Shown: positions 1 to 13,400 of the stretch, piece after piece
Numbering within the stretch: position 1 is the stretch's first letter
Layout of the letters: every line of letters starts with the position of its first letter
Assembly (NCBI GenBank): GCA_051294905.1
Contig: CM119383.1
Span: 9,238,001-9,302,000 of the forward strand
Length of the DNA: 64,000 nt
Source: Botryllus schlosseri
Lineage: Eukaryota
Direction: 5' to 3'
Program-made: the position numbers and the translations under genes
The notes under the pieces: generated by a model
The model's input: the letters and a program-made list of their open reading frames with translations, nothing else
Told to the model about the DNA's origin: nothing
Database searches by the model: none

Positions 1-58
1 ACTTGTTATGGAACTGGAGAAGCCTGAGAGTATGATGCTTACGTGCCTTGACGAGTGA
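1..58 (+). CDS. CENPH: 3' end of the last exon of the upstream CENP-H-like copy (LVMELEKPESMMLTCLDE*)
   Basis: Identical to 49512-49569, including the TGA stop. Confidence 0.75.
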   Translation, partial: LVMELEKPESMMLTCLDE

Positions 59-1404
59 TAGAGCCATTCGTGATCACCAGTTGACGGCAATAGAGTGCCT
101 GGTAATCATCTGACCCGATTGGCAATCGAATATAAGTGCCGATATGAAGATGTCGTTCCATTTTATGAATTTGACGAGATGAAACTATACAAGATAAAGG
201 CAACATTGTTCATTTAGTTTGTTCATCTGCAACGGCCATAGTGTTGTCACTTATTGCTATGTCATTACTTTGTTGCTTGATAAAAAATGAACAAACTGCA
301 TATGAATGGAACACCATCGAGCAGAATTCTTCGAGTGCTGGATTGAAAAAGAATTTTGGTTCCTCCTTGGTGGACTTGCTTGAGCTGATGCAGCTGTAGT
401 TAGGGTGTTGACTGTCGGACGGAAACATTGTGTATTTATTAGTCGAATGATTGCTGCTATCTGAAATTATTGAACTATACTGGTAAATACATTTACATCC
501 TAGATTTTATTGCACTGATAGTGATTCATCAAACTGGCAAATACATTTCTGAGAGGCCTTTCCTGGAATATAATCTATGCAGAGATATGCAATGTGCAGG
601 GAAATTCTCGCTTGGTATCCTCGGGAAACACACGAGAAATCTTTGACAATGAATGGGATATACTATACACGCACGCAACTCCCCTCCCCCTTGCTGTAAT
701 TACATTATAAATCGGTAGTGTTCATTCATACTTCAATCATAAGTACTGACTACAATTGCAAACACGCGCCGAGTTGAAACTGAAATATTATTTATTTCTT
801 CATTGTCAGTAACAGAATCAGCATGACTGTATTTATTTCTTCATTGTCAGTAACAGAATCAGCATGACTGTATCATAAGGGTAGATTAATCATAAGTAAC
901 AGACGATGTTAGACAGCCAAACAAGATTGTTGACATCTCAAAAAATTAGAAGTGCTGGAAATAAAAGAGAATTGGAACTGATTACAAAAGATATCCACTA
1001 CAGGTCATTCACATACAGTCCACAGTTATTATTATTGATGACAGCTTGACTTAATAATTCCTCATTCTCATGAGGCAAGATCACATATCCAACAATAAAT
1101 GGTTTATAGGAAAAAAAAGGTAATTGCAATCCATCCCCACATAAAGTCACCACACGATAGTGTGGTAATTAAGTATGACAAAATACATGCGTGCAGTTTG
1201 AAAAGGCAACTTTCAAAGATAATATTTCACGGTTTGGTATAATGTCATGAGGTCGATAATGTAAACATGGTTGCAAACACGATTTGGTGTGAGAGGAAAG
1301 TTTGCCCGGCCCCGGTTAGCTAACAGGCTAGTCTTGTGTCTCCCGTTGGACAAGCACTTAAATTAGGACCCGAGTATTATTTCCCAGTCTGTCTTCCTTC
1401 ACGA

Positions 1405-4400
1405 TCATGATGCTTCCCCTCCGTTGAGCTGAGCGTTGACCAAGCTGTAGTAGGAGCCCTTCATTGCCAGCAAATCTTGATGCTTCCCGAATTCGACGAT
1501 AGTGCCGTTCTCCACGACGGCGATGTTGTCTGCGTTACGCACTGTGGACAGCCTGTGGGCTATAACGATGCAGGTACGGCCCTGCCTGGCGGCATCCAGC
1601 GCCTCTTGCACAATCTGTAAAGCAATTGTCATTGTAGAGGTATCCAGAGATGGTCAAGTACTCATCGTTGCTTCAGCAGCGTAAATTTCTACTACATACA
1701 GAAGTACTTAAGTCAAGGACATGTGAAAACTACTTAGGTAGAACAAAAAGTGAAGGTTTGAAAAGCAGTAACATAACCAATTTAGTAGCTATTTGAATTC
1801 TTCGAAAAGTAGATCTACTTCAGTGTACTGTACACATACAGTGATGGAGACATATCACAAAATTTGGTCTAAAAAGCATCACAAAATTTGGTCTAAAAAG
1901 CAAGTCGTTTTGCCTATGGGGAAACGGAAGCAGTCTGACATATAACCGCAAAAGTAAGTAGTACAGGTACGTAACACCACCAAATACTTTGTTACTGACA
2001 GCCCCTGCCAGTATCGCCAACTAAAATATCATTTGTACTCGACCTTTTCACTTTCCGTATCAAGCGCAGAAGTGGCCTCGTCGAGAAGCAAGACTTTGGG
2101 GTTGCGAAGCAAAGCTCGGGCGATTGCGACTCTCTGCTTTTGACCACCCGACAATTGCGTGCCCTTGTCGCCGACAGATGTTGCATAGCCCTGAAATGAA
2201 AAATATTGTTAGGACATGAGGAATCAGTATTACTATTTTAGGGTAAAAGAGAAAACAGCTGGTCTTGTAATGATGAGATTAATAAACTGGGTATTTGAAC
2301 GTAATGATGAGATTAATAAACTGGGTATTTGAACCTAATTTAAAACCAGACCAGGCAAAGATAAGATTTCATGCTATGCGAATCCCATACTCACATCAGG
2401 AAGGGTCTCGATGAAATTGTGGATATTCGCCGCTTTTGCGGCCTTCACGACCTCTTCCATAGAGGGTATGTAGGTGTTGTCGCCGTATCGAATATTGTCG
2501 GCGATGGACCGATCGAAAAGAACTGGTTCTTGCGAAACGATACCCAACTGTCGCCGCAACCACGCTATGTTCAAAGTCTTGCTGTCCACGTCGTCCAGGG
2601 TCTAAAGTTTTGAAGTATTCTCGGTTAGAAGCAACTCAAAGACAATGAAGATGGAATGTGCGGATGCTTGCTAACCATTTTGTTAGAACATGATGATACA
2701 TGAAGGGAAGTAGGATTGAGGATTAGAGACTTACAGTATCGATTTCTGTGACGAGTCAAACTACTACAGTTAATATGATGAAAATGTCTTCGAGTAGCTA
2801 AAAGAAATACTGTTGTCCAGGTATTTGAAAGTCAATCACAGTTACAAATGCACACGACTGCCATTTTCTCACAAATACGCCACTTCGATTAATGGAAAGG
2901 TCAATACCATGGCCATAACATCGGGAGATGTCCCTGATGATTACTGGTAAAGGCCAGAGGGGGTCAATAACCAAGTATTTCTACTTGCAGTATTCAAGTA
3001 GGTTTTGTATACTTGCACTAATTACTCAAATGGTTATGATTTCAGATAACTTCTACTTAAACTTTCAATTTTTTAGTCAAAACTAGGTCCAGAACACTTA
3101 CTTTTACATACTTTGAAATTGTTACTTCTACCGTTAATTGTACAGTGCAACTAAAAATATTAAGCACTTCTACTTGAGTACAAAAGATGACCTACTTTGA
3201 CCACCTCTGATAGAGGTAACACGTAAAGTGATACATACAACTTTGCCATCAGTCGGATCGTAGAATCTCTCAATAAGCTGAACGCATGTCGATTTCCCAC
3301 ATCCGGATTGGCCAACGAGGGCTATCGTCTGTCCCGGTTCCACAGTCACCGACAATCCCTTCAGAACCAAGATGTCTGGCCTGGTCGGGTACGTGAATTT
3401 CGCGTCGGTTATCGCCGTCTTTCCCCTCGATGACTCCTGTCGAAATATATATAATGATGGGTCCAGCCGACATCCGTCTCCATATAACTAACTGCGGTCA
3501 ATGATTACCTGCCTACTTACTGACATCATCAGTGCAATTTTTACCAGACGGTACCAGTATACAATACAGTTGGATTTTATGACTTTATGAGGACCATAGG
3601 CATTTCTGTTTTTGGTCCTAATGGTGAAAATGGATCTCCTTGATTACATTGACGCACGCGGCGTTCATCATGAATGGATGTGTTTAAATAGCATGTATTC
3701 TACAAATTACTGCCACTAGTTCTAAGTTCTAGTTGATATATGTCAGATTTTAATATCGGCTTTTATCGTCAAAATATTGATGCTGTTCTAGTCTCAACAA
3801 AACAATTCGTTACATACTTTGCACAATTATATCAGACTTTTCTGATAGTTTGAGGAAAAGCAAATCTATTTGGAGTGTCTGCCTTATCCGGGACAAAGAA
3901 CTCGAAGCAAAATTAAACAAACAAATTCAAACATGGTGTGCTGCAATAAAAAAGTAAAGCAACTGTCTCAGTAAAATGAGTTATGTATGAATGTATCTAT
4001 TTAGGCGGTGGTCTTGTGCCCACTTTCAAAATTTATGCTGATTCAATGTTGCTATGCAGAGGAACATTACCGAGCGAAATCCACAGGACTATACACTTCA
4101 TCTAATGTCCTGTCTGATAACAGCCATACTTCGGCCCACATTGCCTACAAGTTCTTACAGGTTGAGCGCCTTCTTGACTGTAAGCGTCAATCTCGGGCAC
4201 ACGGTCCAGCAACTTGAAAAGTCTGTTGGTGGAGATCTTCGCCTGGGCGTAATCCGGGGCGAACGAGCTTGTCTGTCCCACCGCAAAAGCTCCGAAAATG
4301 ACAGCCATCAAAACCCTAAAAAAATTTAGAATTATTTAAATGCTATACTCCTGCTTCCAAAGGCGGTCACTGACAAAGTACTTCTACTCTTTTTTTGGAG

Positions 4401-7400
4401 TACTCAAGCATATTTTGCGTACTTGTACATCAAAGATCAGCTTTTAAAGGCAAAACTAAGTGTACAATGCTCACTTTTTTACTTACTTTGAAACCTCTAC
4501 TCTAATCTTCACCGATCAACTGCTAAAAGTATGTAAACCCTTGATTAAATCCACTTTTCAAAACTACCCTCACTTGATAACTACCGTATTTATTTTCTAA
4601 TTTCAATTGAAGTAGCTTTGACAATTCTTGTAACTCGATACTTTTACTTGTAATTGAATAGAAATTTATGACTTCAATTCTATTACATGAAGACCTTCTT
4701 GGAGACATATAGTACAGGGTACAATTGAAAAGATATTCATATTGAATATTATTCAAAATTTCCAAGCCGGTGACATCATATTTTGTGATACGATTGTTGA
4801 TATAGGCCTAGAGTGTTCTCTATAATTCTCTACTAGCTGCTGATTATTACCCATGACGAGTGTCAGCCGAAAATATTCGGGTTTATCTCAATATGAATAT
4901 AACATGAGCACCAAGAATGGCTACTTTGATCACTTCTGGCTACAACATACAGTGTAGCAACTTACTTGTAAACATCCTCGTACGGCATGATATTCATTTC
5001 CACGAGGTAAGCGCCATATCTGAACGTGGCCGCGTACGCGAAGAACACGATCGACTGTGAGAATCCGAACGACACCCCGTAAAACAAAGCCTTTTGGATG
5101 GACTTGCTGTAAAGCAAAAGGCGGATTAGACTAACGTTTCAAAAACAAAACGAAGATAGCCACTCACGAGAACGGCAAGATCAGAGCGTCTTTGTACTTC
5201 TCAAACAAGTAATCTTCCTTAGTCAGCGAAGCGACTGTGCGAATATTCAACGTGGCTTCTGTCGCAATACTTCCGGCTTTTTCGTACGCCTTGGTCTCGT
5301 CACCAGACTGAAGAACATTTCATTTTTTATACTTTTACATCAACAGCTGGTCTGTCGACACATGAGCTTGCGACACTTCAGCATCATCATGCGGGTCAAA
5401 GTTTGGGTTAGCTTGTGGGAAATTACTCGGTCAAGTGTTGTTAGTGTTGTAGCTATTACTCTACATTTATGTTTGTCAAGCGACACAACCTACCTGGCCC
5501 GTCAGCAATTTCATCATGATAAATCCGGCGATAATCATAAACGGTACAAAAGCGAGGGTCACCAGAGTCAGCTGCCATCCGTAAGCGAACGCGATTCCGA
5601 GTGCAACACCTGAAAAGCACATATTCAATAATTTCTATTGAACCACAAGTATATGTAGCAATTTCAAAGATATGTCAAGCCGTCGTTGAGTACTACTCGA
5701 TTAGTTTCAAAAAGTGGGTTTTATCAAGGGCGCCGCATGCGTTTAGCGATGACTACGTTCAAAATTGCCAGTTGCATCTTTGTGGCTTACGCAAAATGAA
5801 TATTTTCGCGTCAAATGTGTGGAGTTTTAAAAAGATATTCACGAGGGGAGCATTTTGCCAGATTTCCACTCAAACTGCAAACTTGACAATAAACTACTTT
5901 CTACTTAAAAAATCTTCAGAGGTACACTGCAACTGTGAAGTGGTCTAAAATATATTGACTATACTGAGCAGTACCAGTCGGCAAAACCTACTTGAGTACT
6001 TTGAAAAAGGAGACACAAAAAACATTATGAGATCTCACCGAGAGCAAATATGTTCTGAATCATAACGCCGGCCCGCACTCCAGTGCACCCCTGCACTCGG
6101 GACGCGTCCGTGGCCAGCCTCGTCGTCAGAGCCCCGGTGCTGTTGCGGTGGTCGTCGAAGAATCCAATTTCCTGCCTCACCATCGCTTTGAAGCCGGCCG
6201 CACGCAGTCTCGAAGTCAATTCCTCACCGGATTTCGCGAAAGAAGAAGCCTACGACAAAGGAGACACAAAAGTAAAAAGGCAGCCAGCAGGAGGTAACAA
6301 GAACGATCGAGTGCTCTGAATTGAGCATTATTGCTAATGCTACGAGTCGAGCAGTGAGACTGGATTTTTTCAAGTAATGAAATGGTACGCTCCTTGGCAC
6401 TAAGAGTTTATTTATCAACGAGAATCATAGTTTCGGTTCTATTATCCACTGTGGAAAGCTGTTTAGGCGTATCACAGCGTACGAAACGTGCAGTACAAAG
6501 CTATGCGCATTGGTGGAAATGACATTTTTGTCAACCACAGCGCCGTCTTCATTCAACACTTCCCATACCCAGACCTCGCCAATCGATTTGTATCTACACT
6601 CTGACCCACGCACATTTCCAAGCCCTCCCCGAAATCCAACACAACCCACCTGAATCAAGTTCGCCAGAAAGGCCGCCCCGCCGATAGCGACAAACAGACA
6701 AGAGTACAGAACGATCTGATTCTCTCGTTCCGGGCCCGGGGGTTGTCCGAAAACTCCCAAAATCTCCGAGAACAAAATCGCAAAGCAAGGCTGTATCCCG
6801 CCGTTGATGGCAGCAGCGAAACATCCCACTGTAATGAAAGCATCTCAGTTTCAACCGAGGACCCCGCAGAGGTTAAGAATTGATTCCTTACTTATAATGA
6901 AAGGCAGTTCTGGTTTGTTCAAAGCAAGGACCCTCGAAAACGGCACTTCGGGCAGATCTTCATCTTCTTCTTCCACCTCCCCTTTGTCGCCGGACTTCAC
7001 GCTGGTTTCACTGACCAGACGCTTACGCTTGGTGCTGGAACGGCTTCTGATCGAGGACCGTTTCTGGTCTTCTAAAATGGCAAGAACTTTGTCTTCAACA
7101 GATCATCATCATCAGAGACCATGCAGTTGGACAAATATCCACGCGCTAAACTACATATCGCTATTAGATCAGTAGCAGAGGGTGTCAGAAATGATGTACT
7201 CCTACTTTTTCAGAGTATCAAAGTAGGTTTCGCCCACTTGCACTGTTACTACATCAAGTGATTGTGTTTTACACTACCAGATTAGTTGTAGAGTTTTCAG
7301 TTTTTCGGTAAAACTAAGCCTGCAATAAGCTACTTCTTTATTGATTTGTAAATTGCTACTTCTGGTTGTGCAAATGTAGAAATTTATTACAGTACTGCCT

Positions 7401-10400
7401 TGCTGGAGTACCAATAATGACTGCGTTCGCCACCTCCGATCAGTAGTAATGTGACAACAACGGTAAGAGTTTCAACGACACAATATACGAGGAGATTTAT
7501 CGAATAAAAAGAAATTACCAGCCAACATTGATATCACACACGGTTTCAAAAACAAATGACTAAATATCTCAACCCCGTACTCATCCAGGCTGTCAATCTC
7601 TCGCTTGGCCTAGGTGAGTGGTTCCCAACCTTTTTCGACTCATCGCCCCCTTATCAAGCTCGACACAAATTTTCGCCCCCCCCCCTTATTTACGGACCCG
7701 AAAAACAGGGAAACATAAACGGGAAATTTATACACTAAACCCTGATTGCCAAGGAATTGACTGAAAAAGAAAATTCATTATTTGGAGTAGGTGCCCGAAA
7801 AACCAATTTTCACGTCTACTTGACCTTTTTTAGTCAACTTTCGCACCATATGCAGGATAAGCCGTCTTCACATGCATTTTTTGACTGTGTTAGTTAAATA
7901 TATCTCACTGGAAGTTCTAACATTTGCGCCCCCCCCCCCCGGCGCCTCCCAATCGCCCCCTTGGGTATTTTCACCCCCTTGTTTCTAAAAATTGCCCACT
8001 GGGGGGAGACATCGCCCACGCTGGGAACCACTGGCCTAGGACAAGTATGGAGTTCTATTTGAACACTTTTTCGAGTTACAATGAAAAGTAGGTTGATGCT
8101 TTCCATTTCGTTTCTAAAGTAGAAAATAGTTTAGTGACAAATCTTACGGGTAATGCTCGCAAGTACCTGGTAACATGAGGGCACAATACCTCAAATATTT
8201 TGAAAACATTCAAGTCAGTGCTGTGCATGTTCAATTCGTACATTCACATTCTACACATTGGCGACCTTGATATCGTTAGAGTTCTAGGCCAAGCACAGTT
8301 TTCATTCTGTACAGTTTCACTTTCTCGTATCGAGCGAAACCATGAGATGAGTCTAACTGGCGCACATGCCTTTAGTTGTGAATACAATCAGGAAATAACG
8401 TGCACAAGGTAGAATCCAACATTTCCTCCTACAGAAATTGAATAAGGCGTCCTGAAAATAGAGCAAAAGCACCCCGCTCTCAATATGCATGTCAAAAGTT
8501 GATTGCTTCTCATACATTATTCAATCTGAAACGAGCGACTTGCAAGACATACATCGTATTGACAAAATTCCATTCGAGTCATCGTTGTGCCACCAGTATG
8601 TGTGAGGCCATTATTAATCTCTCACGCCCGTAGTTAAGTCATGGTTTTCTATAATTAACGAATTAGCTTCACAGGATATCCAATCACGCAAAGTACCTAG
8701 GGTTGGATAACAGAAAAAAGACGACACAATTCTCGAACACAATTATCTCACCAGCCTTCTTCAATTCTTCTTTCTCGTTGGTAGGACCTAAATAATGAGC
8801 ACGCGTTAATATTACGCCAGAGAGAAGCAACCAACGTGCCCGAGGGCATCCGAGCGTAATTCATAACAGAAACATTGCAGAAAAGCACCTTGGTCGCCGC
8901 CTCCGTAGCTCTGCATGTGGACCAGGTTTTGGTAGACTCCGTTTTCGACTTTGAGCAATTCGTTGTGGCTGCCTTGTTCCATCACCTGACCTTCGTTGAA
9001 TCCGATAATGACGTCAGAGTTGCGGATGGTCGACAGACGATGGGCGATGACAAGGGTGGTCCGACCTGTGGGCAAAAAAATCAAGATCAATGCGATACAT
9101 TAATGTAGCGTTTGATGCTACTTATCGCTCGGGTGGAAGTAACAATATGTTTTGTACGTCCCTTGCTGATTTTGATTATCGTTCTTTTATCAATGAGAAT
9201 AATTTTGTTTTGATACCTTACCTCTTTCCTATTATGGGACCATCAAAGCCTCATTCGTCTGTACGATATCTTTCAAAACATTTCGCTAAATACGACCCAT
9301 GTACCTGGTTACACAGACTTCGTGAAGTATTGTTCGATCTACTGTAATTTTTCAGAGCTACATGTCATGGTTGAGTTTGAAAATCTCATTTGCGCGAGTT
9401 AAACAGGTGTTATTCTCTTTCAGGTCACATAATACCAGGGTTGTAATGACTCGACGACCAAGATTTCGAGGAATAGTAAAGTAACCACACTATTGAGATT
9501 TTCTCTATTGGTACAGGTACTTAAAAACGCCACCAAAAACTGCTAAAAGTGAGGAAAATTGGTATATTATAAATGCGAACCATTCGATATAACAAAACAG
9601 AGTTACAAAAAGTGGGTTTAACAAGACTTTAACTGGTAACCGAGCAGTCAACACAATGACTTGGACTGGGACTCGAGTCATAAAACCATGACCTGGACTC
9701 GACGCTCTGCTCGATGACTTGGACTCGACTCGACTTAACTCGAGTCAAAACTATCATATTGAGATTGACTTGTGACTCAGAGCCTTGTGCTTTGGTTGCA
9801 ACCATGCATAACACGCACAATGAGTGGTTCTCAAATACTCGAGTCACTTGATTTTGCCCAGCCCAAATTTGAGGACAATATCGAAATTTCGAAGACATGT
9901 CAAAATCGCTACGAGTGGAAGGATCGAATTCAAATTCGTTCGAAGAAGTAGATTAAGACAAGCAGTTACGGTTTTCATTAGTGAATCGCCCCTTACAAAA
10001 TTGTAAGATGAAACTTGCAGTACGACTCAACTGGTGGTTGAATTAGGCGCAATTTCCAAAGTACCTCCCACCACGACTCCCCTGGTACAGAGATCTATGT
10101 CGATGAATTTTTTGAGGCAATCCAAAACCAAATTTTTACTGACAAAACCCACAACTAGAGCAAATAGTTCAAGTAGGGAAAACTACTTAGCGACTGACCG
10201 CCTCTGCGGTCGACGACGGTTGCCGGTAATTCTGTTTTGATACGGCTGTAGCACATATTCATCTTTATTATGGTTCAGAGTTAGGTCACGATGACACAAT
10301 CATCAGTCATAATCTTTTACATCTCGGCATTTCAGTTACAAAAACCAACCACTCTCACCTTGCGATGCTTTTTCTAGAGCCGCCTGCACAACAGATTCGC

Positions 10401-13400
10401 TCTCCGTGTCCAAAGCGGACGTGGCTTCATCTAGCAGCATCACTTTCGGGTTTCGGACAATGGCCCGCGCGATCGCAATCCTTTGTTTCTGCCCGCCGCT
10501 CATTTGCGCGCCACCTTCGCCCACCATTGTTTCGAATTTCTATTCGCAATAACGTTGCTTGTGATGTCATTGTATTGTAAAAGGATGTTTATGTATCTCA
10601 CATTTGGTAGTCTCATAATGAAGTCATAGGCGTTTGCTTGTCGCGCGGCCTCCTCTACTTCCTGGTCGGAAACACCGTCCCTGCCATATTTGATGTTTTC
10701 GCGGATTGTGGTGTCGAATAAAATGGGTTCCTGCGACACGACGCCGATGTTTTCGCGAAGCCATTTGACGTTGAGACTTCTCAAGTCGTGACCGTCGAAT
10801 TCAATCACACCGCTCTGAAAGACGAAGATAATGCATACATGAATTCATTCGTTTCGTTAATATATTCATTATTTCAAAATATCACAAGTTCGTGATAAAA
10901 TTAAAAGATAGGTAGAAGCCAAAGCTACTTAGTATTCCAGACGCCCCAGAACAGTGGTTCTCGAACTTTTTGTCTGGTAACTGTAGGCTGACGATAATTC
11001 CTAATATGCTGATTTCGTTAAGTTTAAGACATCATATAATGTGAAATTGGGAAGACTTGTATTTTAGAGTGGATTCACTCAATATTTCTGCTGCTGCATG
11101 TCATAAGCAAATCTTGAAATACGTGGCACTGGACTATACGTCTCGTTACCTTAGTTTGATCATAATATTGAGCTATGCTAGTTACACTGCTCCAAAATCT
11201 TTATTACTGATAATGGAGGTAATTACTTACAATTAATTACAATTGTCACTTAATATGAGATGATAATATAGCCTATTGAAGCAGCATTCAAGTTCTGGCA
11301 ATCTGTTTATCAATGATGTCTTGACTGGATCAGGTGGTAAAGTGTAGGACTACACAACCCGGATGTTAACAATAAAATAAAAAAGACATGGTTTCCTGCA
11401 GTCTTTATGTCATGCAGTAGCTAGTCTACATTTGCAGCAAATTGCAACGCGGCGAGCGTGAGGTAAATACCATCTGCTCGTTCATTCGTAAACGTATCGT
11501 TTTTTTTCTCAGGTGCGTCACATAAAACCCCCGAAAAAACACTGCAGATATGCACGATTAGCGGTCTTTGGAATGAATTTCACACATTTTCATCTCAATC
11601 CATCTAATAAATCTACGTTAGACTTGCTTGGTTGCAAGCGAAGAATTTTAAGCAAGCTTTTCATCACACTGACTCGGCAGCGTAATAGATCCGGGTGAAA
11701 AAAATGAGACGTCAGAAAATGAGAAAATCTCTACTATCTACCAAGTAATGTTATGTAACAAACGTTTGACCTCCATCTTAGGAACTTAGACAAACATTGA
11801 TCACAATACAGTGCGGTTATTACCTTACCACGTATCGTGACACAAAATCCTATTCAAATACACGAGAGATACGCACAGTCACCAACTCATTTCGCAATGC
11901 TGACCTTTGACATACATAACATAATGGCGACCTTTGACATACATACCGGCTTGCCGAGTATGCGCACATTGCAGTAACATGAGTCAAATCCGCTTGTTAT
12001 GAAACTTATTGACACAGTACTATGAATAGGTGGTAAAGATGCTGTTTAAATAGAGCAGGCCTATCTTTGATGTTGACCAGCTTGAATGACCATCTGTAAT
12101 ATTGCATGGTTTACAGTTTACTACTACACATATCCTGCAATCGGTGTGGAATATGGGTTAACCTATATCGATTACTTCATATCACAAAAACAATAGAATG
12201 ACATCAGCTGACAGATTACCTTAGTTTTTACAATAAGGTGAATGATTTACAGGATATATCCATCGAGATTATACTAGATCTTGGTGATCTGAAGTATTGG
12301 TAGATAGTGACTTGAGTCATAAAAATGAGAATGGCAAAGAATCGTCAGAAACAAAGTCCTTGTACTAATATTCTACTTAGCACTGAAGCAGGATATGCCT
12401 CTATTAGCACTGCTATGATAATTTAGCTCCAGAACCGATGCTTATACAATGGGGACAGATTTGGATCATTTTTATGAATGAAATCACCAATACAATAGAG
12501 ATATAACACTTTTGTCCTCCAATTACAAGCTGCACCTCTTGTAAAACTATAGCACTACCAGTACTACTAGTAATTTTGAAAGCTACATCGGAATAAACCC
12601 AATAGTTATGTGGATTACATCCATACATCTGTTTTCCAAGAAAAATTTCAAGTTACAATTCATTACAATAACATAATACCAAGTTTTGAGCACAACCACA
12701 ATCAAGCTAGGCAAGATGAATGATAAATTACACAGCACAAGCAGGTGTGGTAAAATGCTCAAGATATATAGTAAGCATACCTGTGGATCGTAAAATCTTT
12801 GAATAAGTTGAACACATGTACTCTTTCCACAACCGCTTTGGCCACACAAGGCCACCGTTTTCCCTACTTCCGCTGCGAAAGACACGCTCTTCAGCACCTT
12901 TGGAAACGTTGCGAACATGAAATCTGTGACCGTTGAAATAATCACTATAACCGAATGCTTCGGTAATATACCTGGACGTCAGGCCGAGACGGATAAGTGA
13001 AGTTAATGCTCTTGAATTCAATGCGTCCGTTGACTTTTTGGGGCTTGTGCCCTTCAGTCGAGAGGGAATCAATAGGGGGCTCCCGATCTATGATTTGAAA
13101 GATTTTCGCAGCCGCTGCCGAAGCGTTGGAGAAATATTCCATGTTGCTTCCAGACTGAAACAAGTGAAACATGAAAGAAACCTGAATAATCCTTGTTTAC
13201 GAGCAAGACTTCATATCGCTCTTGATAATTCCCCCTAATTTCAACAGAGTCACGTTATCACAAATATCTCATCAACCTGGACTTAATTAAAATATATACC
13301 GTACCATATTCGATGTATTGCATATGCAAGTCGGGACTGTACATCAGAGCATGCATTCGTCTGGCTGCAAGGCTGTTGACAGCACGCAGTTTTCAAGTTG

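Noticed and set aside
6804-7175. Plus-strand ORFs of 123-148 aa overlapping ABCB exons (also 56334-56756, 58099-58545, 55982-56413)
   Set aside because: These are antisense shadows of coding exons or AT-rich low-complexity sequence, with no recognisable protein and lengths that differ between copies.
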